Below the pieces are notes generated by a model. That model had not been told where the DNA came from, ran no database searches, and saw nothing but the letters and a program-made list of their open reading frames with translations. Below, piece by piece: positions 52,287-63,427 of a stretch of DNA of 64,000 bases (the stretch's first letter is position 1; every line of letters starts with the position of its first letter). This DNA comes from Monocercomonoides exilis PA203 (taxonomy: Eukaryota > Protista > Preaxostyla), in assembly GCA_001643675.2 (NCBI GenBank), contig LSRY02000054.1, positions 62,001 to 126,000 on the forward strand, in the 5' to 3' direction. Position numbers and translations under genes: made by a program.

Positions 52287-55235
52287 TTCAGAATATTTCT
52301 TATCGTAACTTTGTTCGAAGAAAGATCTTTTTTTTCATAATTGTGGTTTGAAATGAAAAAGGCAAAAATACATGTTTATAAGTGCAGTGTGAAAGAATTT
52401 TGATTGAATTTTTGAAAACCAAGTTACTTTGAGAAAATCTTATAAATTTCATTATTACATTAATTTATTGAGTTATTATTAATATTTTATTTATTTAATA
52501 TCACGACTTCCTACAAGTCCAGTTATTGATTATTATAGAATATTATTTGAGTGTGATTTATGATATTACTTTTTTTCTTTTTTTTTCTTTTTTTTTTTTT
52601 ATTTTATTTTATTTTTTTTTTTTTTGTGATTTGAATAAACTTTCACCTGAAAATGAATGGATTATTAATTCAAAAAATTAAGAAGTGAAATTGATGAAGT
52701 TATTATTTTGTGTTATATTTTTTTTAAATTTTTATTTATGCAATGAATAATCCATACAGAATTGTGAAGATTTGTGAGGTCTAAGTAGAGATTTTTTGTT
52801 TGCAATAATGAGGCAGAGATATCGCAGATGAGCTGGCTGACAAGAAAACAGATATTTTTAAAGTAACACAAGTGAAAGAGGAATGTGCGTGAATATCAAA
52901 AATAAATGGAGGTGTGGATAATTATTTTTATTTCATTTATTTTTATTAAAAAAGGATTTAATAAGGTATTTAAAGTCAATCCGCACACGTAATTTGAAGA
53001 TAGACAGCTTTTGAAACGAACCTGAAATGCTTGCAGAAGGCAGCAGATGAATTGCGTATAAAGAAATGAAGAAAAAGAAATGAAAGAAATGAATTGAAAA
53101 GATAAAATTTGCAATGCTCATATCGCGAAACGAAAAGATGGAGTCGAAGTGATTGAAGAGAGAGAGCGAAATTGATGATAAGGCAGAAGGAGGAGTGCTG
53201 CGAAAGTTGAGAAGAAGAAGGTAATTTTTCTGAACTTCAACGAAAAGAGAAAATTTGATGAAGAAGAATAAGATAAAAGAAAATTTGGGAAATGATTTTT
53301 TGAGGGACATTTGAAGAAAAGTGGGAAAGGGGGAAGTGGACGAGATATTTATATGAGGAAATTGATATGGAGCGCGTCTGTTGAGTTGAAGGGGTGACGA
53401 TAGAGAAGATGACTACGACGACGACAACAACAACAACAACGATTTCGAAGAAGAAGAAGAGAAGGAAAATAAGGAAGAAGATGGTGATTATGAATGCATC
53501 AATGCTTATTGGACTTTGGTTTTGCAAATTTAAGTTATTTTGGTGGAGAAGCAAGTTTTTTCTGATGGGAGAATAGAAAAAGACCTGCCTTCAGAAAAAA
53601 GCGGAGAAGCAAATTAAACAAATAACGATAACAGTCTTATTCGGAAGTGCTCACACAATGTTGCACTTTCACTTCGCTTCCAACTCTTCAAGGCACCTGA
53701 AGGCACCTGAAGGAGATGTGAATTTTTAAGGACAATTTAAGTTTCAGAGCAAAAACTATCTTAACAAAATGATGCATTTGAAGAAGCAGCAGCAAAAGAA
53801 GATGATTATGGATAATCGAAACAAGCTTCTTGGATTCAGACATTGTTATAAGAGTCATTGTTTCCATTACGAAAGAAAAGAAGAATCAGATAATTTGAAC
53901 TTTGAAGATAGAAACAGCGAAACATCCAGTTCTTATTCAGAATCAACTTTTAGCAGCAACATGTTAAGTGACTCGAGTTCATCCTGCTCCAATCACTTGC
54001 TGTTAAATCATTCCTCATTGTCTTCTCATTCATCATCACCATCTTCTTCCTTATTTTCCTTCTCTTCTTCTTCTTCGAAATCGTTGTTGTTGTTGTTGTC
54101 GTCGTCGTAGTCATCTTCTCTATCGTCACCCCTTCAACTCAACAGACGCGCTCCATATCAATTTCCTCATATAAATATCTCGTCCACTTCCCCCTTTCCC
54201 ACTTTTCTTCAAATGTCCCTCAAAAAATCATTTCCCAAATTTTCTTTTATCTTATTCTTCTTCATCAAATTTTCTCTTTTCGTTGAAGTTCAGAAAAATT
54301 ACCTTCTTCTTCTCAACTTTCGCAGCACTCCTCCTTCTGCCTTATCATCAATTTCGCTCTCTCTCTTCAATCACTTCGACTCCATCTTTTCGTTTCGCGA
54401 TATGAGCATTGCAAATTTTATCTTTTCAATTCATTTCTTTCATTTCTTTTTCTTCATTTCTTTATACGCAATTCATCTGCTGCCTTCTGCAAGCATTTCA
54501 GGTTCGTTTCAAAAGCTGTCTATCTTCAAATTACGTGTGCGGATTGACTTTAAATACCTTATTAAATCCTTTTTTAATAAAAATAAATGAAATAAAAATA
54601 ATTATCCACACCTCCATTTATTTTTGATATTCACGCACATTCCTCTTTCACTTGTGTTACTTTAAAAATATCTGTTTTCTTGTCAGCCAGCTCATCTGCG
54701 ATATCTCTGCCTCATTATTGCAAACAAAAAATCTCTACTTAGACCTCACAAATCTTCACAATTCTGTATGGATTATTCATTGCATAAATAAAAATTTAAA
54801 AAAAATATAACACAAAATAATAACTTCATCAATTTCACTTCTTAATTTTTTGAATTAATAATCCATTCATTTTCAGGTGAAAGTTTATTCAAATCACAAA
54901 AAAAAAAAAAATAAAATAAAATAAAAAAAAAAAAAGAAAAAAAAGAAAAAAAGTAATATCATAAATCACACTCAAATAATATTCTATAATAATCAATAAC
55001 TGGACTTGTAGGAAGTCGTGATATTAAATAAATAAAATATTAATAATAACTCAATAAATTAATGTAATAATGAAATTTATAAGATTTTCTCAAAGTAACT
55101 TGGTTTTCAAAAATTCAATCAAAATTCTTTCACACTGCACTTATAAACATGTATTTTTGCCTTTTTCATTTCAAACCACAATTATGAAAAAAAAGATCTT
55201 TCTTCGAACAAAGTTACGATATGAAAAATTCTGAA
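52287..55235. repeat. Large near-perfect inverted repeat: arms 52287-53496 and 54027-55235, 530-bp spacer
   Basis: Identical mirror ORFs occur at 52933..53310(-)/54213..54590(+) and 52896..53114(-)/54409..54627(+). The arms match through microsatellites. No TSD was seen. Confidence 0.95.
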
Positions 55236-55411
55236 CCGTGCCTAAGACACATTTGATTTAATGTTTTCAGTGATTATCCATTAATGGAAGAGCAAGATGA
55301 GTTGGAGATGGTCTTGATTGGTTGATGATATTCAAATAAGACTTATTTTTCATAATGGATTATAAAATTTCTTTTATGATCCATCATGAAGAAACAATAA
55401 TGAAGTGAATA

Positions 55412-55861
55412 CAGTCTTAACCGGATATAATCATATCGAATATAATCACATTCGTTTATAGTCACATTTTTCCATGCACCGACATTTTTGTCAATTTTTT
55501 CATTCATTTCACATCGCATATTGTCACAGGGCGGAAAATATATAATCACACTTTTTATCATAATGGGTGATTTTTTCATTGAAAAATCGATTTTTTGATC
55601 AAAAATCTCAATTTTTCGCGTTTTCAAAAATGTGCTTAAATAAGTAAAAATAATATGCATTGATGCAAAAAATTAATTTCGCAAGTGAAAAATGCGTTTT
55701 GATGAAGAATATTCAAAAATGAAAAAATTAACACAAAACAAATTATATGGAAAATTAATTTTTATTTTTTTCTGTGTTAAACAGCATCGTATATTATCAC
55801 AATCGGATATAGTCACAAAAAGTTGTGCAAAAACCGATGTGATTATATCCGGTTTGGACTG
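55412..55861. mobile_element. pogo/Tigger-like (Tc1/mariner) MITE, 450 bp
   Basis: TA-CAGTCTTAACCGGATATAATCATATCG...CGATGTGATTATATCCGGTTTGGACTG-TA, with internal repeats of TATAATCACA/TATAGTCACA. Confidence 0.88.
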
Positions 55862-56569
55862 TATTGAAAATATAATGAGAAGAGATATCTGAAGAAAGAT
55901 TTTTTGTAGGTCAAAGAAGAAAGCTTGGCAATGAAAAGCCATCATAGCAAACGAATATTTACAAAAAATAATTAGCAACTTTTGGAAGTGATTGAGTTTT
56001 ATTGGGATTTTTCTCCAAATGAAAAATAACAAGTGTTAATGTTATTTATCCTATTGAAAAAGATAATCTGTTAATATTGTGAAAATCAGAAGAATAGTTT
56101 TCGTTCTTCGAATTAAGAGACGATATAAAAGAGAACACAGAGCTCACTTTATCAGAAATTGGTGCTTCAGTTTCTTTATCTCCTTCAATCTCGATATTGG
56201 AACTCTGTGACAAAACATAAGAAAAATGAAACAATGACAAAATGACTGACAAGATTGTTATAATATATCAGAAATGGAATATTAAACGTTTACACAATAT
56301 TTGATTGTGCAAAAACATTATTAATGAATCAATGTTAAACAATTCAAGATATTTTGAAGATATAAGTGATAATTTTTGAAATCATTTAATTTCAATCTGA
56401 TATTTCGACTTGAAAATTTGATTTTAACATTAAGAATATGCGCTGAAAAGGAATAATGCAATTTTGTTGATATTTTTTCTCTTGCATTTATCTCAGACAT
56501 TGGCCTATAGTAACAATTTTAAAATTTCACATTTGTATCAGAATAATTTTAGTTAATTCCATTGAATGG

Positions 56570-56800
56570 AGTTATGTTCAGCTCCCCGAAAACAGTTATG
56601 ATTTCAAAAATAATCACCCATATTTTGATCAAATTTCTGTTCACACTTACTAATTAATTCAGGAATGAATATAATTGTGTTATCAAAAAAAACTTACAAT
56701 TAAGTGAAGTTTCGCGAGAATGAAAGAAAATTGGATTAAAAGAAATATTTATTGTTTCGTTTAAAATTTATTAAAATGTTTCATACAAATTATTTATGCC
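56570..56800. mobile_element. Highly degenerate copy of the 240-bp palindromic family
   Basis: CATATTTTGATCAAATTTCTGTTC and GTGAAGTTTCGCGAG match internal motifs of the copies at 46240, 51113 and 59933. The termini are not recognisable. Confidence 0.45.
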
Positions 56801-57066
56801 CAACGAAAAAAAAAGATAATATTTCATTTTTAATTTTTTCTAAACTTTTATGATTTGTTTCATTGTTAAATGCATTGTAATTAAAAGTTTTGAATATATA
56901 ATATCTTTTTTTTCCATTCGCATTTCTTAATCTTATCGTTTTTTGTGAGAAGGATGATTTTCAAGAGGAAAAACTGTTTATTTCGTATTCGATTGATTTT
57001 TATTTTTATTTCGATTATAGAAATCTAATAAGAAACGATGATTGTTTCGAAGATTGATGAAAAGAT

Positions 57067-57306
57067 GGGTAATTCTTTTTGAAAAGCCGCAAATGTTTCA
57101 TTTCGAAATAATTCAAAATCTTCATATTTTGCTCAAAATTTTGTTAGCATCCACAGACCTTCACAAATATTATATCTATTTCATGATAATGCCATTTCAT
57201 AAATACTTTTGTAGATTCATGAGCGGTCACAGAAATATGAGCAAAATATGAAAATTTAGATTAATAAAGGAATAAAACAATTGCAACTTTTTAAAAAGAA
57301 TAACCC
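57067..57306. mobile_element. 240-bp palindromic element, subfamily A, with diagnostic AGAT/AGAT TSD
   Basis: AGAT-GGGTAATTCTTTTTGAAAAGCCGC...CAACTTTTTAAAAAGAATAACCC-AGAT. The 4-bp direct repeat is non-palindromic. Confidence 0.88.
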
Positions 57307-58287
57307 AGATTCATCTTGAAGATGATGGAAAAATTGTACGTGGAACGATTTCAAAGTTCGACATTAAAATGACAGCAATCGACTGGAACAAAGATAAAAA
57401 AAAGACAAAGAAGATCTATCCTCTTCATAACACAAACATTAAAAGTCGAATATGCGGTTTTCTGGGGAATTGGATGTGTGGGGAAAGCTGATTTCTCAAG
57501 CACGCTAACATTTTACATGAACAATCTCCGCATTTAGCTGAAGTCACATCGAAATTTAACATCTTGTTTTCTCCAATTTTGTGAGTTTTCTAAACTTTTT
57601 TTTATTGCTCCAATCATTTCTACAAATTGTTTAACAACTGTTCCAACATTTTTAAAAGTTCCACTAGATAAAACAAAGTTGGTTGTTGAATTTTGTTTTG
57701 AGCAAGAAAGCTATTTGAGGATGAAGAGTTAGAAAAGAAAATGAAAAAATTATTAAAACTTCAACAAGTGAAACCCGAATAAATTTGTTCAATCTCATAA
57801 CATTTATAAATTACAATAACCAATTGTGTAAATTTTTGTATGAATAACATTAAAAGTGCAAAAGATAATTTCATTTAAATGAAAATAAAATTTTTGACAA
57901 ATCCATTTCTCTTTTATCATTAATTAATTATTATTATATTTATGAAATACTTTCTAGTAATGCTTTTTAAAAATTGTTGCCACAATTTTAATCATCATTT
58001 GACATTTATGAGACTTGTTAAAAATCTGTTTTGTGTGTGATATTAACCAAAAATAACAACTTGATTAACAAAGCAATTTATTAATTTTTTTATAAAGCAT
58101 GATTATCTTCATAAACGAAATTAAGATAATTTAAAGTGGTGATATCAAGAAATTGAAAAGTCAATTGAAAAAAGACAAAAAAAGTATTTACACATATAAT
58201 TCTGATAATACCATAATTGATAATAATAGTATGTAAACAAACGTTAATAACAATGTTTCGCAATAATTGTTTGATATTCATAAATAT

Positions 58288-58527
58288 GGGTGATTCTTTT
58301 TGAAAAGTCACAAATGTTTAATATTCAAATAAATCAAAAATATCATATCTTGATTAAATTTCGGTTCCCGCTCATGTAACTTTACCAAAGCGGAGGACAT
58401 AATTTGACAATGCTATTTAACACATTCCTGTGAAGTTGTATGAGCGGGAACCGAAATTTGATCAAGATATGAAATTTTTGATTTATTTGAATATTAAACA
58501 TTTGTGACTTATCAAAAAGAATCACCC
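58288..58527. mobile_element. 240-bp palindromic element, subfamily A, best-preserved copy
   Basis: ATAT-GGGTGATTCTTTTTGAAAAGTCACAAATG...CATTTGTGACTTATCAAAAAGAATCACCC-ATAT. The ~90-bp arms are nearly perfectly complementary. Confidence 0.9.
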
Positions 58528-59932
58528 ATATGTTTTTTTTTTATCTGATTTTCTTATTAAATAACAAACGAGGTAGTTTTTTATTCTATATTAATGCTCT
58601 TTTCATATAAGTTGAAAATATTGAAAATACATGTTGTAATTATTCTTTTTTCCTATTTGTTTCATTACATATCACATTTTCATAAATATACGTGATTCAC
58701 AATTGTAATATCATAGAAATTATCTGGTTGAATGCAACATAATATATATTTTGATGTTTTCCATATACAAATATCCAAAAATAAAGGAAATGAAATGGAT
58801 AAAAATTACATGGTTTAAAAAACAATATTTTCTTTAAAATTATTATAGATTATTTGACGAGTTATTTATTTTTGTTTTCTCAAAAAAAGTTCACAGTATA
58901 GGATTTCTTTAAATGATAAAAACATTGAAAATGTTTAAAAAATTAAAGTCGAAGGAAAAAAAAAAATGCGTAACAAAATAGAATTTTGTTTTTTTAAAAA
59001 AATAACAAAAAGAAAGAATTAATAAGATCTTCAACTGAAAGGGTGAAGGATTTTATTACAATTTGGCAAATGATTTTTAGAATAAACTCAAAAATAATTT
59101 TTTCAAAAATCGAAAAAACTCTTATTGTAAAAATTCGAAATGTTTTTCTAAGAAAACAAAAAACTTTTAAATCAGTCAGAGATAAAATAATGTTTTTTTT
59201 CAAGAAAAGATAGCATAATTGATAAAAACTTCCATTTCAGTAATATTTAAAACCACTTGAAAGAAATGTAACAAAATCTTTCTTGAAAAATGGATTTTGT
59301 GACTTATGATGAGACTGCAAAAATAGCATCAACCATTGAAGACATAAATGGAGATGCTTCTGCAACTCCGTTGCCTGAAGGAAATTTTTCATTTCCTGCA
59401 TGTCCATCACCATTGTTGAACATTCCTCGTTATTATCTGCAAAGTTCCACTAAGTTTTGTTGAGGATTAAGAACATATGGAAACGATGTGTTTTACACTT
59501 GTCTCAAAAGGGGTTTGCCATCTTCACAGGAAATGATCAAAAGTCATAGGTGGTCGTTTGTTATGTATATTTTGTTCTGTCAAGCATATCATTTTGAACC
59601 ATTTCCGCTTGACCCAAAAGCAATACATGGATTTGTGAAACTTCTTGGAATTGCATTTGATTATTCTTATGATTCCATTGTATCAGTCATAGAACCATCA
59701 ATTTTCAAAATTTCTGAAATACGGACTATGAGGTTTGTTTCATCAGATGTCAAGTTAATGGTTAAACAAGCAAAAGCTGAAGTTAAAAAAGCAAAAGCAA
59801 TAAAGGAAGAAGAAGGAGGAGATGATTTTAATATACTAAAATTCAAAAAGGAACCATGCATCGTTGGGATATGAAAAGAATTTAGAGTTTAATGTCTGAT
59901 TGGATTTTTAAAAAAACCAACTGAAATAATAC

Positions 59933-60170
59933 GAAAAAATATTTTTTAAAAGTTCCTTTTGTTGATTTTTCAAATAGAATAATAATTTCACATTTCGATC
60001 AAATTTCTGTTTCTACTTGCAAAATGTTGTTGTTATGATTATAAAATCTTGACAATGTTATTATTTCCATTTTTGTGAATTTTCATGATTGGGAACAAAA
60101 ATTTGATCGAAATATGTATTTTTTATTCAATATGAAAATTGAACAAAAAGAACTTTTCAAAAAAAGGAAC
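59933..60170. mobile_element. ~240-bp palindromic element, subfamily B, inserted in the recombinase gene
   Basis: AAAAGTTCCTTTTGTTGATTTTTCAAA...GAAAATTGAACAAAAAGAACTTTTCAAAAA is homologous to 46240-46479. Confidence 0.78.
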
Positions 60171-60225
60171 AATATTATTGTTCATTTTTGCTCTTTCAAC
60201 TGGAGCACGAAGTTATTTTTGTTCA

Positions 60226-60499
60226 TGTGGGACAAAATATTTGACTTCAGGCATTTTCATCGAAAAATTATTCATCTAAGATGATCATTATGAGATCAAA
60301 ATACACAATAAAAATCAGTTTATTTTTTGATATTCCTGAAATGTTGGAAAACTTTATGTTATTTTATCAATGATGTTAGCTTTCAGATTTCAAAATCAAA
60401 TTTATTTTGAAATTTGAGAAAGAGATCTTAAGTTATGAGTGAAGAAATTTTTCTATGCCTTGTGCAAAAAACGCTTGAAAGTCCGTTTTTTCCCCCATA
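60226..60499. mobile_element. Degenerate foldback MITE inside the recombinase gene
   Basis: The start TGTGGGACAAAATATTTGACTTCAGGCATTTT resembles the reverse complement of the end, TATGGGGGAAAAAACGGACTTTCAAGCGTTTT. Confidence 0.45.
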
Positions 60500-60501
60500 T
60501 A

Positions 60502-61526
60502 CACCAAAAATAATTCTAATTCGAAAAAAAATAATTCAATTTCGTAATTAATAATTCGAATTCGAAAAAGAATAATTCGATTTCGGAATTAATAATTCAA
60601 AATCGAAAATTAATAATTCAATTTCGTAATTTATTAATTCGATTTCGAAAAAGAATAATTCAATTTCGTAATTTATTAATTCGATTTCGAAAAAGAATAA
60701 TTCAATTTCGAAATGAAAAATATTTTGATTTGTGGAATGAATAACTTGTGTTTTGTGTTTTGAATTCTCATTATTTTTATTTCATCAGTTCACTTTGCTT
60801 ATCTATATTTGAAAAATGATGCATTTTCTTCAAATAATTTTCATTCATTTTGATTGAAAATATTTTGTTTTGAAGTATATTTGAAAAGAAAATGAATTCA
60901 TTTTTGTATTTAAAATTGATGATTTTAATATATTTACCAAAGTAAAAAAAATATTTTTATTGGTAAAAAAATTCTTGTTTTTTGTTATTCAATAAACGTG
61001 ATTGAAATTTAAATATTTTTATTTTGTTATTCAACAGAATGAATTTTTTTATTATTTTAATCATTTGAGTGATGATTTTCGAAAATGAAAAAATTTTCAA
61101 AAAATCTATTTTTTGATTGTTTCATTTTTAAAAAACAGTTTTCTTTGAGTAATAATATTTGTTTGGAAAAAAATAACTTGAACTTTTCCGAAATCCATTC
61201 TCTAGAAAAATAGAAAATTTCAGTTTTTAATGAATTTCGAAATTGAAATATTCATTTTCGAAATTGAATTATTCTTTTTCGAAATCGAATTATTAATTCC
61301 GATTTTGAATTATTAATTTTCGATTTTGAATTATTAATTCCGAATTTGAATTATTTTTTTCGAATTCGAATTATTAATTCCGATTTTGAATTATTTTTTT
61401 TCGAATTCGAATTATTAATTCCGATTTTGAATTATTCTTTTTCGAAAATGAATTATTAATTCCGAATTTGAATTATTTTTTTTCGAAAATGAATTATTTT
61501 TTTTCGAATTAGAATTATTTTTGGTG
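60502..61526. mobile_element. Foldback-type element with CACC...GGTG termini, TA flanks and tandem-repeat TIRs (1,025 bp)
   Basis: TA-CACCAAAAATAATTCTAATTCGAAAAAAAATAATTC...GAATTATTTTTTTCGAATTAGAATTATTTTTGGTG-TA. The arms are built of ~21-bp AATAATTC(G/A)ATTTCG units. Confidence 0.85.
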
Positions 61527-63427
61527 TAATAACTAAAAAGACACATAAAGAGTTTTTGCATTAGAAGATTCAACAATTGTGAAAATAGCTGCAAGGTTGA
61601 AATTTGGAAAAAAAACAAAAAAAGATGATTATTGTGTGACTGTTGAGAGGGACATAAGCAAAAAGCAAACGTTGAATGTAGTGTGGTGGCTGAAGAAATA
61701 TTTTATTCAGGAATATGGATTGAGTCTGACTTATTTTGATGATTGGAATCTTGGAATTTTGGGAAAACAGTTTTTGTTGGGGATAAGAAAAGGTGCAATG
61801 AGAGTCAGACTTCAAAAAAGAGCAAAACAAGCAGGGTACCCGGAAACCATGTTTGGATTTCATTCTCTTCGTTCTGGATTTATCTGTTCTGCTTTGCTGA
61901 AAATTGGAAACAACCCAGATCAAAAAGAATCTGTTATGATGGCAACTGCTTATGTTGCCAAATGGATGGAAGGTGGGGAAGTTCAAAATGAATATGTCGA
62001 AAAAACTCTAAAAGCTACAATAGTTGCAAACAGATTGAACTTTCCGGATGAAGTTGTGGAGGAGGATTCATTATTTGATACTAATTTAGCGGAGCCTACT
62101 GTTTATCACAATGTTCAATTAAAAGATAGTGAATGGAACATTCGGATGATCATAGAAACATTCAACACTTATGTTTTGGAGGTGATAAAATATTCTTGGA
62201 GTTTATTGCATTGTCCATATTTGTTTGCAAATAAAACTGAATAGGATGGCAGCAGAAAAATACATCAAAAGTGAAAATATTAAAAAGGAAAAAGGGGAGA
62301 CTGCATTATCAGCAGCTCGAAATTATATTTGTCAACAATTAACTGATGTAAAATTGGATGTCATTTCCATCGCAGCAAAATATTTGGAGCATATCAAGGA
62401 ATATTTGGATGGAGACGTTATATTGGATATCAAATCAGCAAAGGTGAGAACGAAACTACGAGAGGAAAGAAAAAAAAAAACTTTTCAAAGAGAATCGATC
62501 AATGTTCATGTATTCAAAAACAAAAAATGAATTATTGATCAAATTATTCGTTTGCCATAACGAAAAATAACAACTTCATACAGAAAAATATTTCTTAAAA
62601 TTAGAGGATAAAAATTTATTGAATATTTTTCTTTCATTTATTAAAAAATTTCTCTCTTTGAATATTCAAAAAATTAATGATAATTTTCAAAAATTTGATA
62701 ATAACAAATTGTGAATAAAAGATCTTCAAAAAAATAGCATTTCACATTGCCAAAAGTAAAATTTTCAAAAAGATGGAACAATAGAAATTAAAAACAGATT
62801 TCTAAAAATACCTGAAAATTATTCTTATTAACATAACAAACTAACTCACAATAATATGAACATCTTAAAATCTAAGATTTATTTCCAAGACTTAAAAAAC
62901 ATTTTAAATAAATACTTTTTAAATATCAAATTGATCTATTTTTAAATCCTTCTTTCATTTCACAAACTAATTTTATCATCCATTTTCTTTACAAATAAAA
63001 TTTAAAAAATTACAAAATATTTCTATTCATATTTTACCAAAAATTTTTATAATTAAATATAATTTTTTAATATCATCAAATTTCTAAATAAAGAATTTTT
63101 ATATATAAAACAAAAATTTTCACAAATAAAAAATTTTTATATTGATCATCGAATATAATCTTTCGAAAAAATAAATATTAAATGATAATTTCCATCTATA
63201 TAAAACTTTGAAATAACATCTTTATAAATTGAAATTATCAGACAAAAAAATATTCATTAATTCGAAAAAATTAAATTACAATTGAAATTATTTGTCTTCA
63301 ATTGTTCTTATAAACAGAATTGGTAATTTTTTACTTTTTCATGTTATTTAAACAATTAATTAAAATCTAGATATATATAAATTGATAAATGAATACACTT
63401 TGTTTGATTTTTTATTTATTATTGTTA

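Larger units (their letters stand above)
59290..62530 (+). pseudogene. Tyrosine recombinase (DIRS/Crypton-like) pseudogene fragmented by nested insertions
   Basis: ATG at 59290, then a core-binding-like segment FCQAYHFEPFPLDPKAIHGFVKLL. Box I LFIFALSTGARS has TGAR at 60199-60210 and box II FGFHSLRSG starts at 61861 for H. AKW...NEYV supplies the W and Y. Stops and frameshifts are present. Confidence 0.8.

Noticed and set aside
52896-54627. Duplicated 125-aa and 72-aa hydrophobic ORFs as real membrane proteins
   Set aside because: They are mirror products of the inverted repeat, and the Phe/Ser richness reflects pyrimidine-rich DNA.
60502-61526. CRISPR-like appearance of the ~21-bp repeats
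   Set aside because: There are no unique spacers and no cas genes, the context is eukaryotic, and the repeats form inverted arms of a TA-flanked element.
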